Source: Macrostomum lignano (taxonomy: Eukaryota). From it: a stretch of 64,000 nt of DNA. Position numbers and translations under genes: made by a program. Shown in pieces: positions 23,489 to 37,349 of the stretch. The stretch is taken from assembly GCA_002269645.1 (NCBI GenBank), contig NIVC01000851.1:126846-190845 (forward strand), in the 5' to 3' direction. The notes under the pieces are model-generated. The model did no database searches. It was not told where the DNA came from and saw only the letters and a list, made by a program, of their open reading frames with translations. The stretch's first letter is position 1; each line of letters opens with the position of its first letter.

Positions 23489-24905
23489 AACAGCACTGCA
23501 GATGACGCAAGGTAGGTTTTCCAACTCTTGCTCAGGCGCACTGGGTCTGAAATTGCGGTTTTCGCTCAATGTTGCTGCTTTAAATATAAAAGGAGTTCGC
23601 GCGTATCCTTCACAAACCGCTGACACCGCTATCGATTAAATTGTGCGTTCAACTTTTGAGACAAGTTGCATATTTGCAATGTCCGTTAAGAACTGTAGTT
23701 AATGCATTTGTTCTGAATTTTTGCCTCTGAAACCAACGCTAAAAAAAGATTTCCGTGCCTTGTTTAGACATTATTTGCATGTCTACCGAAGAGGACTTCC
23801 GGCCAAGAAGATTTGGATGACTGCTCAGATTTGATTGTTTCTTTAGACTTGACATTCGTCTCAGATTTTGTTATAAATTCATTTGACATTTAGACAGTTT
23901 TAGCTTGTCTTCTTCCATGCGTTTGTTTTCTGATTGAACCGCGCAATCAACTTTCACTGCTGATGAAGTGACTCCAAAATTAGGAAAATGCCCTTAAAAA
24001 TCTCTGAATTATAGCATTATAGCAGCGAACAATGTCCCGAAAACAGTGGCAACACAATAAAAAAGCTAGCAGGCGGTTGAAAAATGTCTAGTAAATGACG
24101 TAGCTGGAGTCACCGACGGTGCAACAGGTCGCTTTGGACGAACCAGGCCGGCGCAGCGATTCAGAGACGCGTTGGTGACTCGCCGAAAGTCAAAGCGGTG
24201 AGAGGTTAGTCTCGATACCTTCGTACCATTGATAGCCTAGCGTCACCTCTCCGCGAAATTGAGAAAGTTTGAAGCGCAAACACTTGCATTCTCAAATGGT
24301 AGCAATTTTTTCAATGCTGCTGAATAGCTCGTATGTTTGAGCTCCGAAGTCTTTTTTAACAGCCTGCTGCAAAATAGCTAGAAAGCAAGTGAATTTGGAA
24401 GGCGGGATTCGATATTGTTTTTAGCAAAAGTAGAAGTCCCGAGCACTTTCGCCAGAGCACTAATCAGTAATCAGCCCACATGGCACAAATCTGTCAAACA
24501 ATATTATATTTGAAATTGGTGGTGGATTTAATTATTGTTAATACAAAGAGAGACATTTTAAGATAAGTAAGTTTTACATAAGTAAAAGTACGTTGAGTCT
24601 AATTTTATAATTTTTGTAACATTTGCTCTTTAAAGAAACTTTGGAGAACGGATTCAAAATCAATCTGACCGCATCGTAAAAGATGTCTATTGGTTGTAGG
24701 TAAATGTTTTACCTTTCTAGTATTTTTGCAAGCAATAAAAAGTTGTTAAGACCGCGGCATATGAGTTGATAGAAATTGAGTTATGACAAAGTATACATCT
24801 CCTCAACAGGTTACTTGCAAAAGTAGTTTAGTTGGATTTTTGCATCTAGTTTATATATTAAAAACAGACAGTTCAGCATGTACGAGCTAACAGGGGAAGG
24901 GGGAT

Positions 24906-27900
24906 TTATTCAACAATTTCCACTGATCGGCTGGTGGTCTGGCCGCCGGCAGTTCCGCCGCCTCTAGGGTAGTTTGTCATCCAGGATGTCAGTCGCTCCT
25001 TCACATTCATGTGGCCTCCGAGAATGTCGGCGGGAGTGGACTGCAGCTTCACGGACGTGTTGCAGAACACCTGTGCAGAAGGATGGTTTTGGAGTTGAAA
25101 CAGTTATTAGCATGAAGATGCAGCATGAAGCACCGCGAGCAAGCAGCGGTCACTATGAAGTTCGGCGAAGTCATTGGCTCTGAACTCAATGAGAGTAACA
25201 ATAAGATACACCCAGGTACAAAGCTTTAGGCTTTATCGACCCATAAATCAGCGCTGAATCCTAAGCAAATACAAGCGCTCCAATACCGTACGCAAGGGGG
25301 GCCGTAGCCCAGCGGTAGCGCAGCTGCTCTGGTGTGCCAGCGACCCAGGCTCGATTCCAAGTGCAGTCACATTAATTTGGGGCTGAATTGGAATCTCGGC
25401 TTGGCTCTGCTCGTGCAATTAACGGCCTTGAGAGCCAACCCCCAAGGCGCAGTGAAGTGTACATGCCTAACGATAATATAAAGTTAGGGCCGCTGTACAC
25501 TCCTGCGTGAGTGTGTGCCTGCGTACGTATCCGCGCGCTTGTATGCCTGCTCAGGGGAGTCGGCGGAATGGGCAGTAATGCCTCTCGCCGGTTGTGTGCC
25601 TATGTCGCTTAAAGTGCGCTAGGGTGCACACAGCCCCCCTGCCTCTAATAAAAAAAATACTGTACGCAGGCACGAGCTCACACAGGGTGTACAGCGGCCA
25701 TGACTTTCCAATCGTCAGGCATGTACTCTCTCTGTGCCTTGTGGGTTGGGCCTCATGACTGTGAATCGCACTTACGATCGCACCCCAATTACGTGCACAC
25801 AGGCCCCAAATTAATCTTGAGAGGGGGTGAAAATAATCCAAATCTATCCAGAGGGAATCGTAAATCAAATAAGTAATTAAAAATATAGATGTTTTAACGC
25901 TAGGAATGCTGAGTTAGTGCTTAAAAACTATCACTTTCCATCTCGCTATTGAATTCTGTAGCGAAAATCGCACGATTGTCACGACCTTCTTTCTACCTTT
26001 GTTGTCGATGGTTATTCTATTAAGTTCACAGTTTAAGTTTTAACTGCTATACTGCTATGCCTTCCAACTTACCGTAGCCTGCAGGTTGACCAGCTCGGTG
26101 CTGTGGAAGGCTGCCCCGTCCTGCTGTAGCGGCACAATGCGAGACGCTTCAATCGATGCTAGCTGGCGTGTTTTTGCCTCGCGCAGCTTTGAGTAGTCCG
26201 AGGTTCGCGCTACAAAATCGCTGAAGTCATTAATCGCCTTCTCCTTCTGGCGGTGGTCCTCGCGAAGCTCCGAGTACAGCGCCTGCTCTTCCGAGACTTC
26301 CTGATCCCGCTTGGCGTCCATGAGCTCCGACTGGGTCTTGGCAACCAGAAGTGTCTCCTGCTCCGTGCACTTGTTGATCCAGTCCAGTGCCTCCCGGTCT
26401 GGTGTGACAGGCCGCACCTGCTCCAGCTCCAGCTCCCGCTGCACCTCGTCCCACACCTCGCCAAGCTTGTAGTCCAGGTAGCGCTCGATCAGCGTCAGAG
26501 TCACGTGATCTTCAGCATTGATGCCCGGCAGGTCGACAAAGCCGATCCGGTAGAACAGAGCATAGATCTTGGCGCGCACGTTCTCGGCGACTTCAACGAT
26601 CGATCGGCTTGGCCAGTTGGCCGGCTGCGGCGTCACCGGCTGCTTGCGCTGGTCGTCGCCCATCAGTGGAGACAGCAGGTCACCGATGGAGCCGTCTGGC
26701 CGGCGCGGACAACCAATGCTGGCTTCGGTGTCGCGCCACAACGCGCAGAACAGATGCGGAGCCGTCACCTCGCAGCCGCCTTTCCAGGTCTTCAAGTGCG
26801 GCAGAGTTTTCTCGTTCTCGCTGAGATCGAGAAGCACGCCAAGAATGAGGCTGTGCAAATCCGACGGGCAACGTTCCAGCAAGTCCAGCAGCAGATACAC
26901 GCCCTCTCGTTCAAGGAAGCAGTCCTCCGTGGTGTAAGAGCCGACCACGCAGCACCATACAGCGTCGATGGCACCAATAACGAGCTGGTAGTGACCAAGA
27001 CCAGAGCTCAGAAGCCCCGGGTCCGTGCGCAGGAACTGCACTAGGGTAGCTACACCAGACGGGCCGAACAGGTCTTTATTGTGCAGACTGTTCTCGCAGA
27101 GACCGCTGAGGATGCCCAGCATCTCGCGCTTCATCTCCAAGTCGATGGTGTCGTCGTCATTCACTGCGGCTGTTGCAGCTTGTCCGGTTCGGTTCCCGGC
27201 CGACACAGAAGAGGCCAGAATCTCGCTTAGGGCACCGATAGCATCTTGGTCAACAAAGTCGGCCAGGATGTCCGGGTTGTTGGTGGTCACCATCGCCGAG
27301 ATCGCTCGCAAGGTGCGCCGCATCTGGGCCCGCTTGCTGCCGCGGCCACCTGCGCCGTGGAAGGCGTTGCCGTAGCCGAGATAGTCGTCGCTGGCCTCCG
27401 TGCACCAGAAGAGCAATTCCAGGAGCCGGTTGCAGCCGTTGCAGCTGACGAAGTCAGCTTGCATCTTCGGTCCCACGGTAGCAAGGGCGGACAAAGCCAG
27501 CAGCTGCAGCTCCTCAACGTAGGCCGGCGGCAGCTCTCTCGGTTTGCTTGTTGGCTCATTCGGCTTCACATAGGAGAGCAGAGCCAGCATGAAGTGGCCT
27601 TCAGACAGAACAGGCAGGGCACAGGGATCGCTGGATAGGCTGACGAGCGTGCTTATGAGCAGCTTCTTGAGTTCAAAATCCTCGTGGTTCTTCGACAGTT
27701 TCAGGTTCCTGACCAGTGGGCTGTGACTCTTGACCTCCTCGAAGGTTGCGAACAGAGTCAACTGCTTGAGAAAGCCGACCTCGATGAACGGCGCCCTACA
27801 GTCGGTAGCGGCCAGGAGTTGCACCAACACCAGAACGTCGTTCCTTAACTGACGGTCGAACACGGAAAATGTCCTTGGCAGCAGATAGACAAAAGCCTCG

Positions 27901-28916
27901 CGCAGTTGAGCGACGCACTCCTGACAGGCAAGCTGCTTGGCAACTTGCTCAGAATCGCCATGCTGCATCAGGTTCCAGAGGATCTCAACCGAGCGGAACA
28001 GCAGTTCACCGGACGGATCCGGGTCTGTCATACGGCTGCACAGAGTGTAGGCGGCGTTGACGCTGAGCATCTGGATGCAGCAGCGGGTAGAGTTACCCGA
28101 CAGCTTCTGTAGCAAACTGATGACCGCCAGGCGAACTGTCAGGTCTTTGTCCAAAAGCTTAAGGGTTCGAACCAGCGTCTCAGAGATGTCGCTCTCCTCA
28201 CAGATGGCCTGGTTGTATCTGGGGAGTTAGAAAGAATAGGAACAGGTATATAAACTATTACTTACGCTCGTACAATCATACTAGTAGCCATACCGCTCAA
28301 TAAAGCATTCCCAAACTACTCACTTTCTCCCAGCTGGTTTGTGATCCCTGACGTCTTGTGGCGGCGGCTCGCCGTCGTAGATCTGCGCCAGCGTCCGACA
28401 AATCTGCAGTCGGACTCGGCTGACGTCGACGCGCATGAGAAAAGCGAGCTGAGATGCCGTCTCTACGCTGATCTGACGGTAAGCGAGCTCGTCTGATGCC
28501 TTCTCCATGAGGAAGGGCAGCGCGCAGACGCACAGACAGTCAACCAGGGGCTCCACGTAGCAGACCAGACCCTCCTCGATGCGATCTGCGCAGATGTTAA
28601 GAATTCGTCGCACCTGCACAAGGTCCTTCATAAGGAAGCCCTGCTTGTAGTGGCGCAGAAGACGTTCAATTGCCATCACGTGCCGGTCATACAGACCTGC
28701 GTAGTGCGGATCCGTGAGCACCTTGAGCACGCGTTCCAGGTCAACTGTTTGCAGCTTCTCACCGACAACATTGCCAATGTCCTCGTCACTGATGATGTGC
28801 GTAACTATGGGGATTTTCTGGTTCTCCAGCTTCTGTGAGATTTCAGTCAGAGAAAGGCCACCAGGAGGCAGAGACGATGACCCTCCACCAGCGAAGGCTT
28901 GGGTCTTTGTTGCCAT
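24906..28916 (-). CDS. CFAP69: Cilia- and flagella-associated protein 69
   Basis: Exons 28916-28324, 28218-26073 and 25070-24906, GT-AG and in phase, 967 aa. Motifs match recalled CFAP69: DPDPSGELLFRSVEILWNL, DRQLRND, EDFELKKLL, GNAFHGAGGRG, ENVRAKIY, RYLDYKLGEVW, QSTPA. Confidence 0.93.
25296..25657 (+). mobile_element. tRNA-derived SINE, copy 1 (in CFAP69 intron 2, antisense)
   Basis: A box TAGCCCAGCGG and B box GGCTCGATTCC in a tRNA-like head, with an A-rich tail. TSD TAC(C/T)GTACGCA at 25284-25294 and 25658-25668. Nearly identical to the copy at 38802-39158. Confidence 0.9.
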
Positions 28917-30707
28917 ATCAGGAACAGTCAAAGCATTAAAAAATATTAGTTTGTCAGTATTTTTAGAAACTGCATTTTAGTGAGCAAAAATAACATGTTT
29001 AGATATTTATTGGTAAGATACATGTTGCATAAGACCTAAAGCTCTTAAAATTTAATTATATATACTTTATAATACATAGTTATTTTTATTACATGGTCAC
29101 TGTATGCCAAGGAACTATTGTATAAAAAGAAGCTTCTCTGTTTAACAAAAGTCTTTTTAATCATGCATATTTATTTTGATAAATGGATGCTTTGTATAGA
29201 TGGACTTCTAACTATAAATAAAGTATTTTAATCTGAATGAAAATCTTTATCTGAATAAAAAAAGCTGAAAATTTTATAAACACTAATTGTTTATGTTAAG
29301 AACAAATATAAAAATGTGCATTAAGTAAACATTGTTGTGGAATGAATCATAAATAAAATAAACATATTTCCTTATCTGGTAACGAGCTATAAATAAAAAT
29401 AAAAATACTGCGGTGCATATTTCTGCTTTGAACATCTTCGGCTTCTTATTTATTGCTAAATATTTCAATGCGTTGCTTGACTCGTGCTAGTATGAATCAT
29501 TGTGTTAGCAACACAATAAATTTATATTAATTTGGTGCTATTTCAGTTTTTTTATCTTTATGAACACTAAAAAACAGCATTTCAACACTGTGTTTAGATA
29601 TATATAAAGTAGTTTCTTTTAATCCATAGAATACGGAAAAAATATCCAAGTAACAATTACTTCTACTGCACAAGCTGTTCAAACTAACTGTTCGATATAT
29701 TTAATCCAACAGAATAAAATCGGGTTTTAAGCTATAATTAGAAATAACTAGACATAAAACAACTTATTGGAGTGAGACTAAAAGATTACAATATCAACAA
29801 ACAAACTTAGAAAAAGCATCGTGAAGCTAAAGTATTTTTACTGTTTTATAAAAAGACAGTATTTTACAAGTTAAATTTTTGTTTAGCGACAGATAATATT
29901 AAAAACCTATTTAACAGAAAAGTATAAAAATGCAACATTTTCATTTTGCATAACTAAAAAAAGTTTAAATGTTTTGTATCTTTCTCCAGTTTCAATTGTT
30001 CCTACTTTTGCCCAATAGTTTTGTTATAATGTTACTAACTTTTTAAAATCGTCATGCTAGTTGGGCCAAGCGTGAACTCTCAGCTACAGTAGAAAGGGAG
30101 TGAATCCTACATAATACTAAAAATGATTTGTCTCTCATTGAGGTAGGTATGTGTATGATCTGCAGCCTCACTGATTCTGTCCTGGAATGAAAAAGGCACA
30201 TATGAAAGCCAAATTTACTGGGTTCATCGTACCTTATTCGATGCGTTTGTTCTTAGCAATTTGTCTAAATGACGACGAAAAACTTCGTAGAGTATTTTAT
30301 TCGTTTTATAGATTTAAATAAAATCTAAATGCATCAAATAAGTAGCTTTATTGTACTAATGAGTTAACTTCATAAAACCTGAATGATTCGTAGCGTTTGT
30401 CTTACAGCCATTAAACGATACATCATGATGCACGTTAAACCAAGCGCTTCGGTTTAATTTCGAAAGTTCCTCAGCTTAAAAAAGGTTTAAGCTGAGGTCT
30501 TAGTGTGACGAATAAGGCGAATAAGACGAATTTGTGTAGCGGTTAATTTAGATAGTTCACGATTAGTTAGCAGATCGGCAAGCCGCTTCAACCCTTAGAC
30601 TTTTGCTAGTGTTACTTAAAATTGCTGGATCAGTTATAATTAACTAATTGGTGGGCCAAGGTAGACGGCGGAAGAGTTGGTGTAAGGAGGCCAGACAGCG
30701 TCACAGC

Positions 30708-31635
30708 TAGGGATTCCAATCCCGGGATCCCGGGATCCCGGGATCCCGGGATTGGGGCCAAAAATCCGGGATTTGAATCCCGGGATTTTTTTGGGAATCG
30801 AATCCCGGGATTTTTAATCCCGGGATTGCAAAAGTCCGGGATCGGGATCCCGGGATTTCAAGGCCTTAATCCCGGGATTGGTCCGGGATTAGAACAACCT
30901 TTCAATGCCTAAATTAGATAATTTAAAGTCTAAACGTTTATTTGAATAATAAAACATTTATTTGTTTTTGCTGTTTCTCAATGAAAAGTTACACATTTGC
31001 AAAGCTCCTGTCCTAATTGAGCTAAAAATTGTTAATGTGAACTGTAAATGATAGATAATTTTAACTTTTTTTCGTTTTCCACCACGAGACGAGACTGAGG
31101 GCCTTTTCATATTGCTTGCTCTGGTTCCAGAACCAGAACCAATTTGTGAAGTATAACTTTTTGTCTCCATAACTAGAGGGAGATACGTGCTATAAAGTTT
31201 TTATTATTGAATGGCAATCGCCAAAAAGAAAGTGAAAAATCGTGCAAAGTGAGGCTGTTAAGGCAGTCAAATATTAACAGAGTTTAATAGTTATACTGCT
31301 GTTTTTCTTGGAATTCCGAACCGATTCTGGTTCTGGAATTGGTAATATGAAAAGGCCCTGAGACTCTGAGAGTCGCGAGACCATGACTACTGCACGCGGC
31401 ACGCCGCACAGTCCGTCTAGCTTAGGGATTCCAATCCCGGGATCCCGGGATTGGGGCCAAAAATCCGGGATTTGAATCCCGGGATTTTTTTGGGAATCGA
31501 ATCCCGGGATTTTTAATCCCGGGATTGCAAAAGCACCGGGATTCCGGGATTTTGAATCCCGGGATTTCAACAGCATCGGGATTTCGGGACTATTCAATCC
31601 CGGGATTGTAAAATGTCGGGATTTTGGAATCCCTA
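30708..31635. mobile_element. hAT-type element with ATCCCGGGAT palindromic subterminal repeats and an internally duplicated terminus
   Basis: TIR TAGGGATTCC / GGAATCCCTA and perfect 8-bp TSD GTCACAGC (30700-30707, 31636-31643). A second copy of the left terminus starts at 31423. Confidence 0.88.
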
Positions 31636-32924
31636 GTCACAGCTAAGGGTTAGCAAGCCTAGGTCTAGAGAAGCGAAGCAAGGGGAAGGGCGAGAGCGGC
31701 TGCTGACTGCAGTGTAAGCATATATTTAAAGGTAAACAGATAACAACAACACCCTTAATCCAAAACCCAGACAAACAACCCCCAACGCGGCGCGCAATGT
31801 ACATGTACAAATTAATCGATAAATATATCAAGCAAGAATAACATATGTCAGTACAAGTACATAGGTAGAACTACTTTACGAGAAATAACGATATGAATGA
31901 AATACAAATAATAGGATAAATACATACGAGGCTACAAAAACAAAGCAATTAACAGTAAAAATAGCGCGATAATAATACGTACGAATATTGTTAAAATAAA
32001 TGAAAGAATACAGTAGTACGAGCTAGTACGGTTTGCATATGAAACTAAAGAAATAAGAATAAGAAATACACGCTTCTACGAATCACACTGTCACATTAGG
32101 TTTAAGCCTAAGACAATAAGTGGTTTTTTGTAGATCTGTTACAATGAACTGCGGCACTATAGGATGAGATTTCGCCTAGCTAATGCAGTAGTTTCTGTAA
32201 TCGAATTGATATCCAACGAGAGCGCCTTACCAATTTATTTATGCCGAATGAACTTTGAATAAAAAATTCTGAAATTAGTCAGATTATATTCAATTTCCGA
32301 GCTGCTACACATTTGTTAAGCATTTCTGGGCGGTTTGCCTGTTGTAGATGGGGCCTGCTATTGCATCACTACCGCACGTTAAACTACATGTAATCATCAC
32401 TGAGTTTTCTGACCTCCCATTCCTGTCGCATATTCAGCCCCAATATGCAGCATGATCGTAATAGGGACTTATAGATATAACATGTAGTGTCAATAGTAGC
32501 TGCCGTAAAGTATAGTATAGCATGAGAAATATGTCACAGCTTGCAGAACAGCGTGAATACTGGCGGGCGTCAAACTTCTGGGTTTGGTTACCGGGGGGGG
32601 GGGCAGATCTGAAGCTGCATGTATTTTGTATAGAATCCAGTAGCGATTTGTTTTAACTAGTGCCAAAATTTCTAATGTCTCGAAACATCACCCTCATCGA
32701 GACCTGACATGTACAGGTTTTACCATAGACAAATTCGGTGGAAAAAATCCTTTTTCTTGAGAGTATATTAAATGCACTAGCAATATGACAAATTGCTTCG
32801 ATTTAGGTTTGTCAAGGAGCCGCAAGGAGGCCCTCCTTACCGGCCTCCAGCTCAATTCTAAGAAAATCAAGTGCAGCGTCCTACTTCTTACAGGCGGAAA
32901 GGTTCGTTCTCGACACTAAGTCAC

Positions 32925-33487
<563 letters not shown>

Positions 33488-34190
33488 ACACGCAGACACT
33501 GGGCCTTGAATAATTGAAAAAAACTTTCAAATTACACTGCAAGTAGTCCTTGGACATCCGCATGCATTAAGATTTAATTGTCTGGCAATCAGTTGGGACG
33601 AAAAATATTAGAATTTTCTGGGAGAAGCGGAGGAAAGCAACCGATTAACCAATCCAAATGTGACGAAGCAGCCTCGGGGAAGAATAAGTTTTTCGAGCAG
33701 GACAAAAATAGCCGCTTGAGCTTGGGTGCCGCAACGATTTGCTGAGGTGGAGCGGTTTATCTCCAGAGAAAAATGCTTTTCTGCTAGACACGGTGGGACA
33801 GAAGCCAGCTCAAAGGCGCGCAGTAAACTGGTGCCTACTTGGCAAGCAATTTCCCCAATTTGTCGGAATTCTTTCAATACGTCGCTCAGAAAATTGTTTT
33901 TCTGACGAGCAAACTCGCTGCAGCTGTCGAAAGGCAGAAAAACAAAAACGCTTTTTCAGTTTTATGTTAAAGAAAAATGAATAGCCGATTCCAGACTTGA
34001 ACAGCTGCTGCAGTCTCTAAGTGCCCAAAATTCTGCCGAACCGAAAGAAAAATAGATGAAAAACACTTACGAGTATTGCATGCAAGACTGGGCGAGTTCT
34101 AACGTTGCTTTACTTCTCGGGCATACTAGACCGACCACATTGATGTCAGTCAATCAAGTGGTTCGTTTAGGGTAGCAGTGAATCATCTTG

Positions 34191-34757
34191 ATTGGCGCCC
34201 TAATCTCCTTGGTTGGCGCCCCAATCTCCTTGGTTGGCGCCCCAATCTCCTTGGTTGGCGCCCCAATCTCCTTGGTTGGCGCCCCAATCTCCTTGGTTGG
34301 CGCCCCAATCTCCTTGGTTGGCGCCCCAATCTCCTTGGTTGGCGCCCCAATCTCCTTGGTTGGCGCCCCAATCTCCTTGGTTGGCGCCCCAATCTCCTTG
34401 GTTGGCGCCCCAATCTCCTTGGTTGGCGCCCCAGTCTCCTTGGTTGGCGCCCCAATCTCCTTGGTTGGCGCCCCAATCTCCTTGGTTGGCGCCCCAATCT
34501 CCTTGGTTGGCGCCCCAGTCTCCTTGGTTGGCGCCCCAATCTCCTTGGTTGGCGCCCCAATCTCCTTGGTTGGCGCCCCAATCTCCTTGGTTGGCGCCCC
34601 AGTCTCCTTGGTTGGCGCCCCAATCTCCTTGGTTGGCGCCCCAATCTCCTTGGTTGGCGCCCCAATCTCCTAGATTGGCGCCCTAATCTCCTTGGTTGGC
34701 GCCCCAATCTCCTTGGTTGGCGCCCCAATCTCCTTGGTTGGCGCCCCAATCTCCTTG
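34191..34757. repeat. 21-bp minisatellite (TTGGCGCCCCAATCTCCTTGG), ~27 copies
   Basis: Near-identical head-to-tail units with no spacers. Confidence 0.95.
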
Positions 34758-34881
34758 GTGGGCACCCCTGTCTCTTGTTGGGCACAAAGCTGGGCACATC
34801 TCACTAGAAACCTTGTATAACCTTAGCCAAACTTGACCACCAGAAAGCACCGATGTGATTAAATTCTTCACAAACTCTTAA

Positions 34882-35529
34882 GCAAACTCCGGCCTGAGGG
34901 TCACATGCGGCCCGCAAAGATTATCTATCCGGCCCTCGGGTCCTTTGAAATTTCACAATAGCAATCCGGCCCGCTCAGGGTTTGTGTCTTCTCTTCTCAC
35001 TTTTCCTCTCCCTTCATCTCTCCTCTCCTCTCTCCTCTCTTATCTCATCTCCTCTCTTATCTCCTCTCCTCTCTTATCTTCTCTCTCATCGCATTTTTCA
35101 CCTCTCCTCCCACCCTTCATCTCTCCTCTCATCTCTTCTTTCCTCTCTCCTCTCCTCTCTCCTCTCCTCTCTCATCTCTTCTCTCATCGCATTTCTCATC
35201 TCGCCTCCCACCTCTCCTCTCTCCTCTCCTCTCTCCTGTCCTCTCTCCTCTCCTCTCTCTCCTCTCTCATCTCATCCCTCTCTTCTCTTCTCTTATCTCT
35301 CTCCTCTCTTTTCTCTCCTCTCCTCTCCATCCTATCCTTTCCTCTGGCCTCTCATCTCTTTCCTCTCCTCTCCTCTTTTATCTCTTTTTATTTTCGCTCT
35401 CATCTCTTCTCATCTCTTATATCCTCTCTCCTCTTCTCTCCTTTTCCCTCTTCCTCTCCGGCCACAGCAATGATCTAGCTCGTAGATTCTCTATCTGGTC
35501 TCTGAGGTGAAAAAGTTTGCCGACCCCTG
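34882..35529. mobile_element. hAT/Charlie-type MITE with an expanded CT-rich interior (left TIR truncated)
   Basis: Right end AGTTTGCCGACCCCTG is the reverse complement of a CAGGGGTCGGCAAACT Charlie-type TIR, and the left end begins GCAAACTCCGGCC. CT-rich simple sequence spans ~34990-35455. A second family member lies at 49086. Confidence 0.7.
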
Positions 35530-35975
35530 TCTTAAAATTAAATCAACAGTCTTACAAACTTGAGTGTGAGTCAAAATATAAAAAATATAAAATATAAAAT
35601 ACGAGTCAAAATAGTACTCTGCAGTGTAGATTGCAAACAACAAACAACAACAGCAAACATCAAAACAGAGATAGAAGTTTGGTCTACTTAATCGGACAGT
35701 TTTTCGAGTCGGCCAGCCTCGGTGGCACAATTGAGCAGCAGGGAAACGTTTCTCTGATTTTGTTGATTCTCAATCGCCGTATTTTCTGCATCTGCAGCAA
35801 GAGAATTGCCGCCTGTAAGCCAATTTTGTCCATAATTGAGCTTCATCGAGAGCAAATTAGCAAAATGATTGCAGCTGGAAAATTTGGCACTCTTCTCCAT
35901 CCTCGTGCTTCCCACCCCCCTACTAATTAAGCAATTTAGCGCCAGCTGGTGCCAAGCCTGTCTGGCTGTCGAGTC

Positions 35976-35982
35976 TATAAAA
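35976..35982 (+). promoter_or_regulatory. TATA box upstream of the secreted-peptide gene
   Basis: TATAAAA about 80 nt upstream of the ATG at 36058. Confidence 0.5.
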
Positions 35983-36057
35983 GCCGGCTTCGAGCGGCAG
36001 AGTCAGGACCGCAACCAGAGCTGACTGCAGAAACAATTTGGAAAACAGAAGAAGAGC

Positions 36058-36453
36058 ATGGCAGCCAAGCAAAAACTGAGCATTGCGCAGCTTCTGCTGC
36101 TATTCCTGACTGTCGCTGCTGCTGTCTATGCCGCTTCGGCCCATCCTTGCCGCGGCAGAAGCCCCGTTGAAGACCCCGACGAGACAGACTTGAAGCATCC
36201 TGCCAACAAAGGTAAGCTGAATCCACTTTCTCACGCTATCAGTTCATTAATGCAGCCAGTAAGCAGCTTATTAATGAACTCCAACCCGGTTGAATATCCC
36301 GCAGACTCCGACGTCGAGGCCGGAGACGAACTGGTGAAGAAGCGCTCCTACATTCCACTGTTCAACTATCTGAAGTTTGCCCTCAAGCACGAGCGATCTG
36401 GCCGCTCGCCGGACCCGCCCCGGCGCTGGCACTGGCTCTGGCAGAGGCGTTAA
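36058..36453 (+). CDS. Secreted prepropeptide (neuropeptide/peptide-hormone precursor-like), 131 aa
   Basis: Hydrophobic signal peptide (~residues 1-28), acidic spacer, KKR, an 18-mer followed by G-R (amidation signal), and an RR-flanked WHWLWQ. Upstream TATA box and downstream AATAAA. Confidence 0.75.
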   Translation: MAAKQKLSIAQLLLLFLTVAAAVYAASAHPCRGRSPVEDPDETDLKHPANKGKLNPLSHAISSLMQPVSSLLMNSNPVEYPADSDVEAGDELVKKRSYIPLFNYLKFALKHERSGRSPDPPRRWHWLWQRR

Positions 36454-37349
36454 TTCAGCAACATCTGCCAGCAAATTCAGCAAATTCAGCGTTAATTTAG
36501 CATGAAGCAACAACAACAACATCTACTGATGACAAAAAATAAACGCAAACCTTTAATATTACTGGCTGCGCGCTCAATTTCAACTGAGGATTTTGCTGCC
36601 TCTGTAGTCGCGCAAGGACAACAACCTATTAGAATAAATATACTACGAGCTAATATGCTAAATCTTCATGTCATAAGCTTGAAAACATTGCATTGCTTTT
36701 CTCTTATTCATTTGACTGCTAAGGTTACTTAATATAGCTTTTTGCAAGCCATTTGATATTATGAGCAAGCAATTTAATAATCAGTGAGAAAACCTAGTGC
36801 TAAAAGATAGATTTTTCAGTACTTTATGGTCCAAACCATGGGCTTTGGAGCATCCAATTTAATAATCCGAGCACTCAGTTAGTCATTTCCAGTGTCACTA
36901 ATATCGCATTTTAACACTGTATTAGGGGAGACAGCAATAATGCACAAACAGTTTGAAAAGGAAAACAGAGCAACTGAATCTACAGCTGATATGGCAGAAA
37001 ATTAGCAAACGCAGGTCTCAAGCAGGCAAGTGAAATGTCATTTGAAATAGCTAAGTATCAGTAATGAGTTTTAGAATTGCTTCACCTGTGATGCAGCGGG
37101 AACGAAGCGAAGCATAGTGGCTAAACCATTCACAATTTTGCCTATACAGTTTTGCAGCTTCACCTTCATCCATCGTGAAATGTGGACAGTGCTGTCTCCC
37201 CTTTCAATTGCACTCACAATCAGCTTGTACTTTTCGTTGCACATTCTTCTATCATGTTGAATGCGCGCATCTATTTGCAGCAAATGCGAAACCGTTCCTT
37301 CTCGTTCACTCGTGCGTGAAGGACATCGTGCACTGCATTTCTCAAGTAT

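Noticed and set aside
25296-25365. tRNA gene (also at 38802)
   Set aside because: A and B boxes are present, but there is no complete cloverleaf or acceptor stem. The head is fused to a ~290-bp body with TSDs, so it is a SINE.
26210-28112. Overlapping antisense and alternate-frame ORFs within CFAP69, Amt, iGluR and LINE exons
   Set aside because: These are expected shadows of GC-rich coding sequence and carry no recognisable motifs.
29495-29515. RFX X-box upstream of CFAP69 (GTTAGCAAC)
   Set aside because: Only a half-site is present. It is plausible for a ciliary gene but not distinguishable from chance.
34191-34757. Regular short-repeat arrays (also 37727-38675, 46211-47155, 58526-61304) as CRISPR arrays
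   Set aside because: Units are head-to-tail with no unique spacers, no cas genes are present, and the context is eukaryotic.
36427-36444. WHWLWQ resembles the start of yeast alpha-factor (WHWLQL)
   Set aside because: A four-to-five residue match in a metazoan gene is best treated as coincidence, and no homology is implied.
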